DNA of 64,000 bases from Octopus sinensis (GCF_006345805.1 NC_043010.1:63240001-63304000); one strand, 5' to 3'; positions 1 to 13,714 are shown, numbered from the stretch's first letter. A program made the numbers and translations. The notes: a model not told the origin generated them from the letters alone.

Positions 1-330
1 ACATTTCTGCCAGTTCGCCGATCTGATCTAGCAATGTTTCTTCAGCTGGATGCCCTTCCTAACACCAACCACTCTGAGAGTGTAGTGGGTGCTTTTTACA
101 TGCCACTGGCACAGGAGCCAATCAGGCAGCCCTGGCATCAATCATATTCGTATAGTGCATTTTACATGCCACCGGTATAGGAACCAGTCAGGGGCACTGG
201 CATCGGCCATGTTCGGATGGTGCTTTATACATGCCAGCAGCATGGGAGCCAGTCAAAAGGCACTAGCATCAGACATGTTCGGATGGTGCTTTTTACGTGC
301 AACCAACACAGAAGCCAGGTGAGAAAAAAC
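1..330 (-). mobile_element. RTE-type LINE/SINE 3' tail (family C), partial
   Basis: Contains ctggatgcccttcctaacaccaacc and repeated gtgctttttacatgccac units, as in copies at 3046-3290, 13330-13690 and 48125-48395. The RTE assignment rests on recalled tail similarity. Confidence 0.7.
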
Positions 331-364
331 AAGGTGAGTATGCCTTGCTGGATCAGCCATGTCA

Positions 365-640
365 GCATGCATAAAGAATGTGGTGTGAATGAGCCGTGAG
401 AAAAACTGTTTCTGAAGAATCAGATGTTATCTGCAAGAGAGAAGACTAGATTTGTATGGATGATGGTAGGAGCATAGAAAAGTGCTGAGAGATCACAGTG
501 GGACAAGGAAACCTAGGAAGACATCGAACAGAAGTTGGTGAAAGCTGATCTAAAGATGCCGAACCTTGCAGAAGAGATTGACAAGTGACTGTGGCAACTG
601 GTAACGCCATAGACATACCGTGAAGGAGAAAACTGATTCT
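365..640 (+). mobile_element. Degenerate RTE-clade LINE fragment, C-terminal end of ORF
   Basis: Broken translation (VNEP.EKL..IRCYLQERRL; PRKT.NEVVKADLKM.NLAEE.TSD) resembles RTE C-terminal motifs LREKLGI..RRLRWYGHV and GRP.KTW...V..DL. Several frameshifts. Confidence 0.6.
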
Positions 641-729
641 ATTGAGCAAGAATTGCAGAAAGAATGCTTGTGATGCGTGAGTTGGTGGCTGAGATGCTCT
701 TACTGCAGTCACCCCCCTCACCCACCCCC

Positions 730-1400
730 ACTGATCCTCCTCTGCCTCTGCCTCTCCTCCAGTGATCTCTCTCCTCTCAGCCTTCCCACACAAGATACTT
801 CATCCTCTACTTTCTCTTTCTCTTTCCCTCTCTCTCTCCTTCTCCTCCTCCTCAACCTCTCCATGCAAGATATTTTCACTGCTTTTCTCTTCAGCTCCTC
901 CCTACCTCTATGGTGTCCTCCTCCTCCTCCCTCCAACCTCTCCTTATCTCACTCCATTCGTCCTCTCCTCTCTCCTCTACCTCTACAATGCTTTTCAGCA
1001 TTTCTCTTTCTCTCTCTCTCTCTCTTTCAGCCTTTCTTACTACATCCTCCCTCTGCTTCCTCTTTCTCTCTGTCTCCCCCCCCCCCCCCCGATGCTTTCT
1101 CTACATTTAAACTCTGCTCACCCCCCACCACCTGTGTGATACTTTCCAGCCTCCCTAACCCCACCCATCCCCACTTTCCCTCACTGCACACTTACATCAC
1201 TCCTCCCCCTTTACCTCCCTTTCTCTCTCACCATTCTTTCCTCACGGCTTCTCCCCCTCTTCAACACCCTCCCTGACCTACCCCCATAATTCCCTCACTC
1301 TTCTTTCCAACCCCCTCATCCCCACCCCCATCTGTTTCTCTCTTTCATAAATAAGGGATGACCCTGGACCCCCTCACCCTTACCACTCAGTCCCTCCCTT
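730..1400. repeat. CT/C-rich low-complexity tract
   Basis: Almost all pyrimidine on +, with (CT)n, (CCT)n and poly-C; explains the Ser/Pro/Leu-rich ORFs in the track. Confidence 0.9.
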
Positions 1401-2052
1401 TTTTACTAACACTTGATATTAATTCCTTCCCTTTGCTTTGTCCCTTTCAGACCCACTCCCTCCTCTATTACTATCTGTTCAACTACCCACCCCTGTCACA
1501 ATTATAGAGCTGAATGTGTATGTATGTATGGATGTGTATGTGTGTGTGTGTATATATGTATGATGTATGTATGGACATGTATGTATATTTGTATGTATGT
1601 ATGTATGTATGTATGTATATGTGGCATTATTCAGTTTTATTTCAAGATTTCTTGCCAATAGAGAAAGAACCAGTTTCTAACCTAGCTCCAAGGCTCCTTC
1701 ATTGGAATTTCAACATCAACAACAGGGTATTTTTGTATATGTGTATGTAAGTATATGTGCAAATTTGTATGTTTTGCTTTATGTATATATTCTCATGCAT
1801 ATAATTGCATGTCTAGAAATGCTCATATGTAATTAAATGATAAACTTCTGGAAAGTTTTACACATTTCACTGTTCCAGTGATGGATTGGATCTGTAGTCT
1901 TCAAATTAACTTTCTCTTTTCTAGTTTTGAGCAGTTTAATTTCTCAAGATTGGTATTTAGGTAGTGTGTTACATATTCCAGTATGCATGTGTGTGTGTGT
2001 GTGGATGTATGTGTGTGTGTGTAGGATGGATAAAGTTCAGGAAGTTATCAAC

Positions 2053-2330
2053 CTCTGTTGGCATCAAAAGGCTTCTCTCACTGAATGAAAAGGCAAATTG
2101 TATGAATCATGTGGCGTATGAATAGCAATGCCACATGGTGTGGTGAGATGTGGGCCCTAAATGCAGAGCCCATGCAAAAGTTGTCAGATGTGCATCATCA
2201 GTGTTCACATACAACAAAGTGCAAATGTGTAGAGAGTAAAGTAAGGAACAAGAGGAATCAGATGTAGTGTGCAAAAAAGACTGGTTTTCTGGTCATGTGA
2301 TGAGTTTGAGTGTGGCTGTATGCAAAAGCT
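2053..2330 (+). mobile_element. Degenerate RTE-clade LINE fragment, late RT/C-terminal region
   Basis: Translates to LLASKGFSL.MKGKLYESC..AMPHG..MWALNAE, similar to RTE KG.LY..CVR.AML.GSETW. Frameshifted. Confidence 0.6.
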
Positions 2331-2479
2331 GGCATTGGGACCTGATACAATTCTACAGATCCTGTCAAAGGTTGTTGTTATTGTTGTATATCCATAACAC
2401 TCCTGTTTGAGCAAGCCTATAGGGTAGAGGTAGTTTTTTTTTTTTAATTAGCTAGGAGTCTCCATAGGCCTGCCTTAGG

Positions 2480-2880
2480 AAAGCTCTGGCTTCTCAAGTC
2501 TTATGGGGTTACTAACCCATATCATCATATATGTATTGAAGGGGGGGAGACCCCCTTTGGACACGAATGACCATGGGATTGCACCTAGAAAGTTACCCTC
2601 TGAGGTACAAGTCCGGGCAAAGTAGTTTATGGAAGGCCAGCAGTCACCCATGCATACCGGTCTCCCCTCTCCACACCACCAGTGATATCCAAGGGGAAGG
2701 CAAAGGGGCCGATACAGCTTGGCACCAGTGATGTCGTAACTCATTTCTACAGCTGAGTGAACTGGAGCAACGTAAAATAAAATGTCTTGCTCGAGAACAC
2801 AACTTGCAGCCTGGTCCAGGAATCGAACTCACAACCTCACGATCATAAGCTCGACGCTCTAACCACTGAGCCATGCGCCT
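2480..2880 (-). mobile_element. tRNA-derived SINE (family E)
   Basis: Reverse strand reads ggcgcatggctcagtggttagagcg ... ggttgtgagttcgattcctggacc (A and B boxes), then ttgctccagttcactcagctg, shared with 58353-58590. Confidence 0.75.
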
Positions 2881-3045
2881 TCACATATATATATGAATAT
2901 GCATTCTTAATTGGATGTATTATATTGCAAGCACTTGTATTCCACCCACATGTAACAAGAAAACTTTTCACAAACCCTGCCCCAACAAACCAAACTACAT
3001 CTCTTCTCTTTTTTTTATGTATACATATATATATCATCATCATCA

Positions 3046-3290
3046 TTTAACGTCCGTTGTCCATGCTGGCATGGGTTGGACGGTTTGACCAGGGCTGGCA
3101 AGCTGGAAGGCTGCACCAGGCTCCAATTTGATCTGGCAGAGTTTCTACAGCTGGATGCCCTTCCTAACGCAAACCACTCCGAGAGTGTAATGGGTGCTTT
3201 TTACGTGCCACCGGCACGTGTGCCATTTGTGTGACACCGGTATCTGCCACGACTGCGATTTTGCTCGGCTTCATGGGTCTTCTTCTTCTC
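3046..3290 (-). mobile_element. RTE-type tail element (family C)
   Basis: (cat)n + tttaacgtccg...ccatgctggcatgggttggacgg...ctggatgcccttcctaacg; on the minus strand it ends in a (TGA)n tail. Confidence 0.8.
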
Positions 3291-4827
3291 AAGCATGACA
3301 TAATGCCAAAGGTCTCGGTCATTGCCTCCGTGAGGTCCAACACACACACACACACACATACACACACACTCTTACATGCATACATACGCGTTATTTTTGT
3401 TCTTTAGCCTTCTATCGACCTTGATCCAGCAAAGTTATTATCAAAGCCATTTCAGCCGTGACTCTCTCACTCATTTAAATACAAGGGTATCTAAGAAAAT
3501 CTATTGTCTCCGTTTAGGTCGCTATTTCTAACAAGCCGAGCAACCACGCAAGAGGTCCCCTCTTTAGCTGTTTCTCTTGGCGCAGACGTGCGCGCGCGCG
3601 TAGATGCGTGTGTGTGAATGCAAATGTTCGTTTAGCTATGTATTTCTGTGTATATTAGATGCACGTGAACAAACGTGTGTGTATATATGTATGTATGTAT
3701 GTATGCATACGGGTATTTGTTCATGAGTGTATGTGACAGCTGTTCGTAGATAGATGTGTGTGTACAATTGTATGAGCGTACTTTTAAATATGTGTGCGTA
3801 TATGCAGTAGAATTATTGTGCGCGTGTGTGTATTTATGCGTGTATGTATATGTCTAATGTGATGTGTAATAAGTATGCGTGGATATGTGTGTGTATGTGT
3901 CTAATTAGCGAGTGTTAATTTAAATATGTGTGCGTATGCGTAGGTGGTCTGATGTAGGTAGATGTATGTATATATGTATGTGTGTGGCTGTAAAAATGTG
4001 TGCATGTGTACAATTGAATAGGTGTGTGTGTGTGTGTGTGTGTTGCTAGTGCATACAAATGTGTGTGTGTTGCTTGCGTATAGAAATGTATGTGAATGCG
4101 CAAATGTGTGTAAATTGATGTATCTGTGAGATTGCGCAAATGTGTGTGTGTGTGTGTGATTGCGCAAATGTATGTTGATGTGTGTGCGTGTGTGTGTATA
4201 TATATATATATATGTAAGGGTGTGTGCGTGTGTATCTATACATATGTAAGGGTGTGTGCGTGTGTGACGTAGGTTGATCTGAGGTTGTAAAAAGTATATA
4301 TGTCAGGGGAGATAATAGATGCCATCTTGAAACCCGGTTTGGTCGACATTAAGGGTCTAGAAATACGGCTCGCAAATGGACACTAAGGATTGATAACACT
4401 AAATATGAATTTTAAAAAATAGAAAAATATTAATAATAGCGACAATATTTGATGACAGTCGAATTGTTCATGACACGTGGGTATTTTAAATTTAATTAAA
4501 TGTTTGATTAGTTTGAACGTTCAAGGGAGACAATCATATCGCCAGTGAGGAGAGTACGGATGGGGGGGGTTATGGTATTACGTATGCATATGTATGTATC
4601 TATCTTCCTCTCTATAGACATATACGTATATTTACCTATGTCTCTGTATATGTAGGTGTGTGTGGATGTGTGTGTGTGGTGAAAGAGTAAGCAAAGTTAA
4701 ATCTATTGCACTGCTGGGGTACACAATTTGCACTGACACCGTTTGTCTGTCTGTGAGTCTGGCTGAGCTCTGGTCACGTCTATTTAAAAAATTGCCAATA
4801 TTGAAGTGATCAAAAGAGGCCATCGGA

Positions 4828-4836
4828 AAGGTAAGC
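4828..4836 (+). promoter_or_regulatory. Candidate 5' splice donor (possible non-coding first exon of ZNF-A)
   Basis: AAG|GTAAGC with GT at 4831, in unique sequence; TATTTAAA near 4781 and YY1-like GCCATCTT at 4321. Confidence 0.3.
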
Positions 4837-4974
4837 GTTTTAGAAGTGTTCTTAGCTTTTGGCCATGTAGTTTATGTGTGCATATGTGTATGTGTGTGGC
4901 TGGTTTCTGTGAAGACATTTTGGTTGGAGGTGATCTGTGTGTGTCGGATGGGGAGTGAGAGAGGAAGACAGTAG

Positions 4975-5575
4975 CAGGAGAGAGGGAGGAAGGGGGTGTC
5001 AGGCACAGGCAGAGAAGGAAGGGAGGGAGGGAGGCAGGGAAAGGAAGGGGGAACAGTCACAGGAAAAAGAGGAGGGAAAGGTTGATAGATAGAGAGAGGG
5101 GAAGGGAGGAAGAGGCGCAATGAATGAATAAAAAGGAGGTGACATGTAGAGAGAGAGAGAGAAAGAAAGAAAGAGAAAGAGCGAGAACGATTTAGAGAGG
5201 ACAGGATAATTATGGGAGAGAGGAAGTGACAGATTTGAAAAGAAGGAGGCAAAAAAAAAATTAGAAATGTGATGGGCACACAGGAAGTAAGAGGGGGGGT
5301 GAATGACGCAGAGAGAGATTGAGAGGGTGAAAGGACAGATATATAGACAAAGAAAGGGTGGGAGGAGAAGAAGAGAAAGACGAACGCATCTATCATTCTC
5401 TCTCTTTGATTGGAAAGAAAAGGCAGACAGGAAGGAGGGAGGTGGAGAAGCCGTGACTGACGAAGTGAAATAAAAGATAGAGTTAACAATAGGAGGAAGG
5501 GGTGAGGTTTTTTGATTGAAGGGACTGAGTGAGGTGGGGTGGAGGGGTGAATTAAGGAGGAAGAGGAAAGTGTCA
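4975..5575. repeat. GA-rich purine tract
   Basis: (GA)n, (GGGA)n and (GAAA)n mosaic. Confidence 0.85.
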
Positions 5576-5625
5576 AGTGTGATGGGAATAAGCTGGGGAT
5601 GGCGACGAAGGACGTGAAACCTTAC

Positions 5626-5634
5626 ACTCACCTT
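5626..5634 (-). promoter_or_regulatory. Candidate minus-strand splice donor
   Basis: Reverse strand reads AAG|GTGAGT (intron would start at 5631), next to a CpG-rich unique segment at about 5600-6020. Confidence 0.35.
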
Positions 5635-7379
5635 TCACTGTCGTCTCGTCGTTTTATCGCCACTCATCTCTTTTCTTCCTGTCTTTCTCTCCTCTCTGAC
5701 TTTTTCATTCTGTTTTCTCTCACACAATGTAAACAAGCACCTGTCAACTGACCGTTTTAGGATTCTGGTAAAACCCGTCGCTGGCCCTTCATACGCGAAC
5801 CGTCGATGATATTGTCGAATTTTGAACCATCATCGCCTAATATGTCATGTTGGAATAATGCATTCGTTTCGATTTTCAAATATTCTCCCACCTTGCAAAC
5901 CCCGAAACGATGAATGTCACGAAATCTCGTGTATCTTTTTGCCACTTATAAATTTGTGTATGTTTAGTATAAAGTTAGAAATCAATAACTATCGAATGAT
6001 TAGTGACGGGCGATCGCATGGTGGGTTCACCAGAGCAGCAGGCTAATAATACTTGCAATAAGTATTTAGCTTCGTCCTTCATTTCAAATACCAGCAGGCT
6101 CGACTTTACTTTGTTGTCCTCTACTAAATAAAATACCTACCACTTACATAGACGATTTACTATACTCCCATCTTCTAAAAATGTGTCGTCTTGGCAGGCA
6201 CCCTTGCTTTCTAATTCTTCTTAACCGAATTTGTCCTTTAAAAAAAAACCTCTTAAAGGGTCGTCTAATTTGTGAATAGTCCATATTTTAAATTTTCTGC
6301 AAATCATATATATATGTATTTATTTTTTCAATTTTGTTACAAGAAATATTTATCAATTACTCAAATCCGTAAAAATCTTACTCGTATTTTTAATATTTTT
6401 TTATTACTTGGTCAGCCCTAGTTGAGCACGCTGTGACCATCACACCTTTTACACTTCAAACAACCGTCTAAAAAGGCTGTAATTTGAGGGAGATTTCGCT
6501 GTTATTTCTAGTCGCAGGATCGACCGCGCAAGGGCTTCCACGTTGGCTAAGTAGTCCAGCAGGTTTTATTGTAATTCGATAAGGGTAAGGGGTCTGCTTG
6601 CACCTTTTATCCCTTTAAGTATCCGAATAATTGACTTTACTCCTTAGATTAACGTTAAACACCTCATTCGTAATTATCGAATTAAACACACACACACATA
6701 CATACAGCCATACATACATACGTACATATACATAACAAATGATTAATCTAAATGCACGCATGATGCCTAGTTATTTGTTATGACAGTGTTGGTTTATTCT
6801 TATTTTTATTGTTATTTTAATTACCCGTTGCTTGTTGCCCAAATATACCTGATGCACCCAGCTCTTTTACTGTTTTTTTTTTGTTTCCTACCCCCCCCCC
6901 CCAAGTCCTGTACCGAAGAACTTTATTCAGTGTCTCCACCTTTTTTTTATACTGAAATGCGTCGGACACAATGTCATAGAAAACTAATTATACCCGGGTC
7001 GCTGCACTTTGCAAGAACACTGCAGCAGTCGGGTCTTAAGTCCCCTTGTCCGCCCTTAAAGTGCAAGCAACACTAAGGAAATTCGTTCAAGGTTCTCAAC
7101 CGCAGTTTTTTTACTTGAAGAAGTTTAAGAAGACACCAGTATTAGTTTCGACCCTGGACGGATGAAAGGCGAAGTTGACCTCGACGGGATTTGAACTCGG
7201 AAAATAAAGACCTACATATGCATTTTATTCAAATACACAGTGACTCAACTATGCCCATCTACACACAAGACATTTTGTTCGACTTTGTAACGAGTCTACC
7301 AATCCACCGACTTCTCCTTCCCCAAACCTGTAGCTCCCAGTCTGAAATTCTTCCCGCCCTCTTTTTCTTTCAAGCTGTA

Positions 7380-7580
7380 CATCAGCTACACTGAAGGATC
7401 GTTTAGGCTGTGGCTTGACATGTAGGAAAAGCATATCTCCTTCGAAGTATACCCTACCGTTTTAAATAAAGAATACACAGGACACCGTAGTCTTTGATAT
7501 ATCAGACGGGATGGTCGTTGTTCTAACGCTTTTGATCATAGATCTGCTTGACCAGGGCAAACCTGACGCAAAATAACAGT
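7380..7580 (+). mobile_element. Old interspersed repeat (family F), representative copy
   Basis: The pattern acctgctagaaatagcagcc..ttggataatgtagtc..gatggtcatggctgg..ttgatcatag..ggctaaacaac recurs, diverged, near 3400-3570, 6410-6550, 36820-37045, 42250-42630, 43790-44170, 57050-57210, 58170-58300, 58875-59050 and 62460-62610. Confidence 0.55.
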
Positions 7581-8698
7581 CACCATGCCATCAGAGCTGT
7601 CTGTCCCAGTTTCTCACCGTAAATATGAACAAGAAAAAGAAACATTAAATATTTTCTCTTTCCGTCGCTTTATCAGTGATGCGACAATGTGTGTAGATAT
7701 TTAACACAGAAATGCTAAACCTACATCGGCATACGATATATACACACTTACCCATAACCGAATAACAGCAGAAATATGCCATATTAGAAAAGTTGTCAAA
7801 TTCCCATGATAATATATCAAGGAACGAGGTACCTGTAACTGCGGTTAGTTTTGGCCATGAAAACCCAGTTTGCCCAGCTTTTGCGCTTAAAGTACGGGTG
7901 GTTAAATGAAGAATTTTTATTTGGCCGATAAATATATTTTTTCAACAGTTGTTTTATTTCGTTTGTGAATCTCCTAATTTTCAATCAGGTGCTTAGAATC
8001 TCCCTTTGAAATGCATCGGTTTCCCAACCGAAACCCGAAGTCGATTCTGTTGTCCTCTTGCTAGGTCTTCTCAGTTATCTTATTTCGAATGCTTCCGTTG
8101 ACCTCAACCTCTGCTTTTTATCTTGAACTATGCGGCTCATGATTGACTTGAAGGATTTACTAATTGGTTAATTAATTGATCGCTCGCTCGCTTCACATAT
8201 ATAACGCTGCTTACGTATGTGTGTATATATATATTATATGCGTGTGTGTGCGCGCACAGAGGCGTAGATAGATGTGCAGTCCTCTTATAATGTAGACACC
8301 GTCCAATATACACAAACATTTACGCAAACACGTTATATGCCAAGCGCTTATACATACATACATCATATATATGCACGTGCATGCAAACACATACATATGT
8401 ATAAACAAAAATACAATGACTCAACTGGACTTATACACACGCACACACACGCACACACATTCATAAAGACACTCTCCATGGCACACGCATTCTCTTATTA
8501 CAGCTATGTTCACACAGGTGGAAGCATACACTCGCAAACACACATACACGCATTCTTTAACCTATATACATATATTTAATACTTCAATTACCGTTAAGAA
8601 ATCGTTATTTCAAAGACATCACATTATAAAAGATCTAATTAGCCTTCTCTCTCTCTCTCCACCCCTCCTTTGCACTCGTCTCCTATGTATATATATAA

Positions 8699-8736
<38 letters not shown>

Positions 8737-8977
8737 ATACACATACATAATTAGCTGTTTATATCTACCGCCTCCCTCTCTCTAATTTTCTTGGTTAGCT
8801 TTATTCCTATCTCTGTCTGTTGATCAATTTTATCCATTCCCCATCCCGGCTCTTGTATGGCCATTGTAACACCCCAATTTTTCATTCTATCTTATCTAGC
8901 TATCTTTGAAGATAAAATAATGAAAACGTTAATCGCTTTGTCTTTATCTTCATTTACATATCTGTCTGTCTCCATCA

Positions 8978-9053
<76 letters not shown>

Positions 9054-9282
9054 ATATCTATCTATCTATCTATCTGTCTATCTATCTATCTGTCTATCTA
9101 TCTCTCTATCTATCTCTCTATCTATCTATCTATCTACCTATCTATCTACCTATCTATCTATCTATCATCTTCCTACCTATCTATCTCTGTCTATCTATCT
9201 ATCTCTCTATCTATCTATCTATCTACCTATCTATCTATCTATCATCTTCCTACCTATCTATCTCTGTCTATCTATCTATCTC

Positions 9283-9317
<35 letters not shown>

Positions 9318-9320
9318 CTC
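8978..9320. repeat. (TATC)n tetranucleotide microsatellite
   Basis: Long, near-perfect TATC array with TACC/TCTC variants. Confidence 0.95.
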
Positions 9321-10024
9321 CAGCTAGCTATCTAGCTTCCTTCTCCTCCTTTCTCTTCTCTTAATATTCCCCTCACTTCCATCCAGCTATTTTCTTGTCA
9401 CGAACTAAACCCACCCTCTACCCAATGATACATGTACACAAACACAGTCGAACAGACACATACATGCACACACACATGCACACACACACACACACACACA
9501 CGCACATACATAGTCCCTCGGATGCATACGCACGCGCACTTTCACACACACACATATGCACACTCGCGCGTCACGCACGCACAATCCCCCCCCTACACAT
9601 ACCGCACCACCACTTATTAATCCTTCTCTATTCAACCCTAAATTTCTCAATACAGAATATTGCCACTGAGATTGTCAGAATGATTGTTGATATGTCATTC
9701 CCTTTCTATCAGTTTTGGGTGTTTCTGCCCCGTCTGTTAGGGAATTCAAAATGGAGTTAAATAGATCCACTTTGTCTTTTAGATATTTCCCCATATCTGA
9801 CGAGTAAAATATCTCCCAATTAACTACATGAGAGATGGTTTGCTATATAAACACACATACACACTACATACACACATATGGCATATACTTGCGTGTGTCG
9901 GTAGAGAACATTCATACATAAATGTGTGTGTGTAATATATACAGTACCTGTAATAATCTTCAGCTATAAATAACCTGAAGACCTTGCATACACACGCACA
10001 TATACACACACAACCAGGAATCGC

Positions 10025-10027
10025 AGT

Positions 10028-10068
<41 letters not shown>

Positions 10069-10152
10069 TATATATATATACTTATATATATTATGTGTGT
10101 GTGTGTATACATATATATGTATATATATATATATATATACATATGTATGTAT

Positions 10153-10219
<67 letters not shown>

Positions 10220-10240
10220 GTATGTATATATACATATATA
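10025..10240. repeat. (TA)n/(TG)n microsatellite mosaic
   Basis: Directly visible; similar tracts at 3650-4260, 18500-18700, 20480-20620, 27450-27900 and 52460-52590. Confidence 0.95.
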
Positions 10241-10718
10241 TAAGCACTGCTAGAGAGACTGTGGTGAGAGAGTGTGTGTGGAGATAAAAAAAACAAGATA
10301 GAGGTTGATAAAGAAATTAAATGTGTATACACATATATACATTAATGTCTATATATATATGTATTTGTGTATGTATGCACGCGCGCGTGTGTAGAGGGAG
10401 AGAGAGAGAGAGTGAGAAGTTAGGAATATAGATATACAGATGGCAAGTAAGAAAGAAAGAAATGAGAAAGATAAAAATCGTATTGAATGAGAGCAAAACG
10501 AGGAAAGAAATCTAAAATCTAAAATGGATAATTGGCGATAGAAAGACATTTAAGTAGATTGAGATAGACAGAGACAGATATATTGCTGGAATATTGATTC
10601 TATTAGATAAATATATTATTGTCAGTAGTGCAAGATGTGTATCATTAAAGTTTCAATATCACGGACGAAAACTATTAAATATAAGCCGCGCTATATATAT
10701 ATATGTGTGTGTGTATAC

Positions 10719-10750
<32 letters not shown>

Positions 10751-11692
10751 GTATATAATTGTTATTTTGTGTATATTCCAACTCCAGGCACGTACTTTCT
10801 CTTTCGACGTTGGCAACAACAGATGATTATTATTATTGTGCTTGGAATCTTATTAATTTAGAAGACATTGGATGGAGAAAGGCATGGACATCACTTAATC
10901 TCATTTTCCCACTATTTCAATGTGGATGCTTTTACGAGTATAGAACAATTGCTGCTGCTATTATTATTATTATTATTATTTTTGGGGGTGAGGTGATAGT
11001 AGTTGTTTAGTCCCTGGTTGGTCCTGAGCGAACCGTCCTGTCACTAAAGCATTCCAGCTGTGACCATCCAGCCTTTTTGTTTCTCCTTTTAGGACTACAT
11101 TATTTGGCGATTCGGTATTGGTCTCCAGAGTGTCAGTATGAGGGGACATCATTCAGCTCTCTTTTTCCCTGTCATGTGTAGGTGAGTGACGTCGTATACC
11201 AATACCGAAGGATTGCCCATTATTTTATGTTAGTGTTTCTGCTGGTGGTATTTTAACCACTGGGTCAAGTTTGATTTAGCAAACCTGGCATCAGAAATAT
11301 TCCAGCCTTGACCATCATCACTTTTATTCAGACATAATACATCAAAGACAACCAAGTGAATTTAGTGTTGCTACATATTTTATTTTGATTGGATGGTCAT
11401 GGCTGGGACACTTTTGAATATATGTATGTTGGATCAGAGTTGAGCTGGAGCTAAACAATAATAACATTAAATATTGTAGTCCTTGATACATCATGACTGT
11501 AAACACAAGAGACAGGATGGACATAACTGAAGCACCTTTGATCATAGATTTGCTGGATCTGTGCTGGCCTTTGGTTAAACAACAACAGTAACATTATTTA
11601 ATGTAGTCCTAGATATCACCGTGATCACCCAGACTATCAGATGTTGCTGCACATCGCTGGTCACAATGCGCTTCGCATTGTTTTAGCCTTCA

Positions 11693-12443
11693 AATTGAAA
11701 GAAACACAGAGCATCTGAACAGAAATATGATAAGAAAAGGGTTAAAATATATAATAGAGAAACAATTCTTAACCCTTTTGATACCAACCTGGCTGAAACC
11801 AGCTCTGGCTCTGTAGTCCAAATGTCTTGTTTTCATAAGTTTTGAATTAAATCTTCCACCAACCTTAGTCACAATTTATGCTCCTAACTCTAGCTGAATG
11901 ATAACTAAGTTATTTTACTAAATTCTTTGTCATATTTAAAGTAATTGAAAGAAACGCAGAGCATCTCAACAGAAATATGGTAAGAATAGGGTTAAAATAT
12001 ATAATAGAGAAACAATTCTTAACCCTTTTGATACCAACCTGGCTGAAACCAGCTCTGGCTCTGTAGTCCAAATGTCTTGTTTTCATAAGGTTTGAATTAA
12101 AATCTTCCACCAAACCTTAGTCACAATTTATGTTCCTAACACTAGCTGAATGATAATGAAGTTATTTTACTAAATTCTTTGTCATATTTAAAATTAATTG
12201 AAAGAAACACAGACCATCTCAGCAGAAATATGGTAAGAAAATGGTTAAAATATATAATAGAGAAACAATTCTTAACCCTTTTGATACCAACCTGGCTGAA
12301 ACCAGTTCTGGCTCTGAGTACAAATGTCTTGTTTTCATAAGTTTTGAATTAAATCTTCCACCAAACCTTAGTCACAATATGTTCCTAACACTAGCTGAAT
12401 GATAACCAAAGTTATTTTACTAAATTCTTTGTCTAAGGGTTAG
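11693..12443 (+). repeat. Three tandem units of about 251 bp, each built from a TTAA-flanked MITE (piggyBac-like ends)
   Basis: Units start at 11693, 11943 and 12196. Complete MITEs TTAA|CCCTTTTGATACC...GGTAAGAATAGGG|TTAA at 11773-11991 and 12023-12244 (right end TGG), separated by an identical 23-bp spacer. Confidence 0.85.
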
Positions 12444-12779
12444 ACTGAGCATATTCAGCCAAAATCTTCTCTCTGTTTTGCATTCAAACTGGCTAGATCT
12501 GGTTTTCCACACCAATCCTACAACCTCATTCTAAGAAAATATACAGTCACCTCATCAAAATCTCAAAGCTCTAAGAGAATGCATGATCAATTGAAAGCAA
12601 CAAGAATAAATAAGCATTACTTTTGACAGAATAACACAAATACTAAAGAGTTCAATTGATGTATACTGGCCGTGGAACGGAATGCTGTGTCATTTGTGCC
12701 TCGACTGCATTGAAACTGTTGTGGACACACTTCTGGAGCTAACGATGGGGATTCGTTATTGTCAACACTGTTTTAATTA

Positions 12780-13194
12780 CTCTTTACTCCTTTGCTCTTT
12801 TACTTGTTTCAGTCGTTTGACTGTGGCCATGCTGGAGCACCGCCTTTAGTCGACCAAATCGACCCAAGGACGTATTCTTTGTAAGCCTAGTACTTATTCT
12901 ATCGGGTTCTGTTTCCGAATCGCTAAGTTACGGGGACGTAAACACACCACCATCGGTTGTCAAGCGATGTTGGGGAGACAAACACAGACACACAAACATA
13001 TACACACACATACATATATATACATATATACGACGGGCTTCTTTCAGTTTCCGTCTACCAAATCCACTCACAAGGCTTTGGTCAGCCCGAGGCTATAGTA
13101 GAAGGCACTTACCCAAGGTGCCACGCAGTGGGACTGAACCCGGATCCATGTGGCTCGTAAGCAAGCAACTTAACACATAGCCACTCCTACGCCT
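12780..13194 (-). mobile_element. tRNA-derived SINE family B (about 410 bp, internal TA/CA microsatellite, AAGAGTA tail)
   Basis: Minus-strand head aggcgtaggagtggctatgtg..ggttcagtcccactgcgtggcaccttgggtaagtg (CORE-like ccttgggcaag). Other copies near 19880-20255, 21410-21800, 23490-23840, 29093-29480, 41620-42190, 44480-44878, 47088-47468 and 61975-62340. Confidence 0.85.
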
Positions 13195-13329
13195 ATTGTT
13201 CACTTTTCCATGCTAGCATGGGTCAGATGGAGTTTACTGAGTCAAGTTTTCTGCAGTTGGATGCCCTTCCTGCCACCTTCTTTCACCTCTTTTCAAGCAA
13301 AGTGATATTTCCACTTTGCCAGAGATCAT

Positions 13330-13690
13330 CATCATCATCATTGTTGTTGTTTAACGTCCGCTTTCCATGCTGGCATGGGTTGGACGGTTCGACCGGGGTC
13401 TGGGAAGCCAGGAGGCTGCACCAAGCTCCAGTCTGATCCGGCAGTGTTTCTACAGCTGGATGCCCTTCCTAATGCCAACCACTCTGTGAGTGTAGTGGGT
13501 GCTTTTTACATGCCACCGGCACAGGTGCCAGGGGAGGCTGGCAACGTCCACGATCGGTTGGTGGTTTTTACGTGCCACCAGCACAGAAAGCCAGTCAAGG
13601 CGGCGCTGGCATCGGCCACATTCGGATGGTGCTTTTTCCATGCCACCGGCACAGGTATCACAACTACAATTCCCATTTGATATTTATTTG
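13330..13690 (-). mobile_element. RTE-type tail element (family C)
   Basis: Same sequence as 3046-3290, with a (cat)n tail. Confidence 0.8.
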
Positions 13691-13714
13691 GAAATTGTAG
13701 TTGTGATACCTGTG

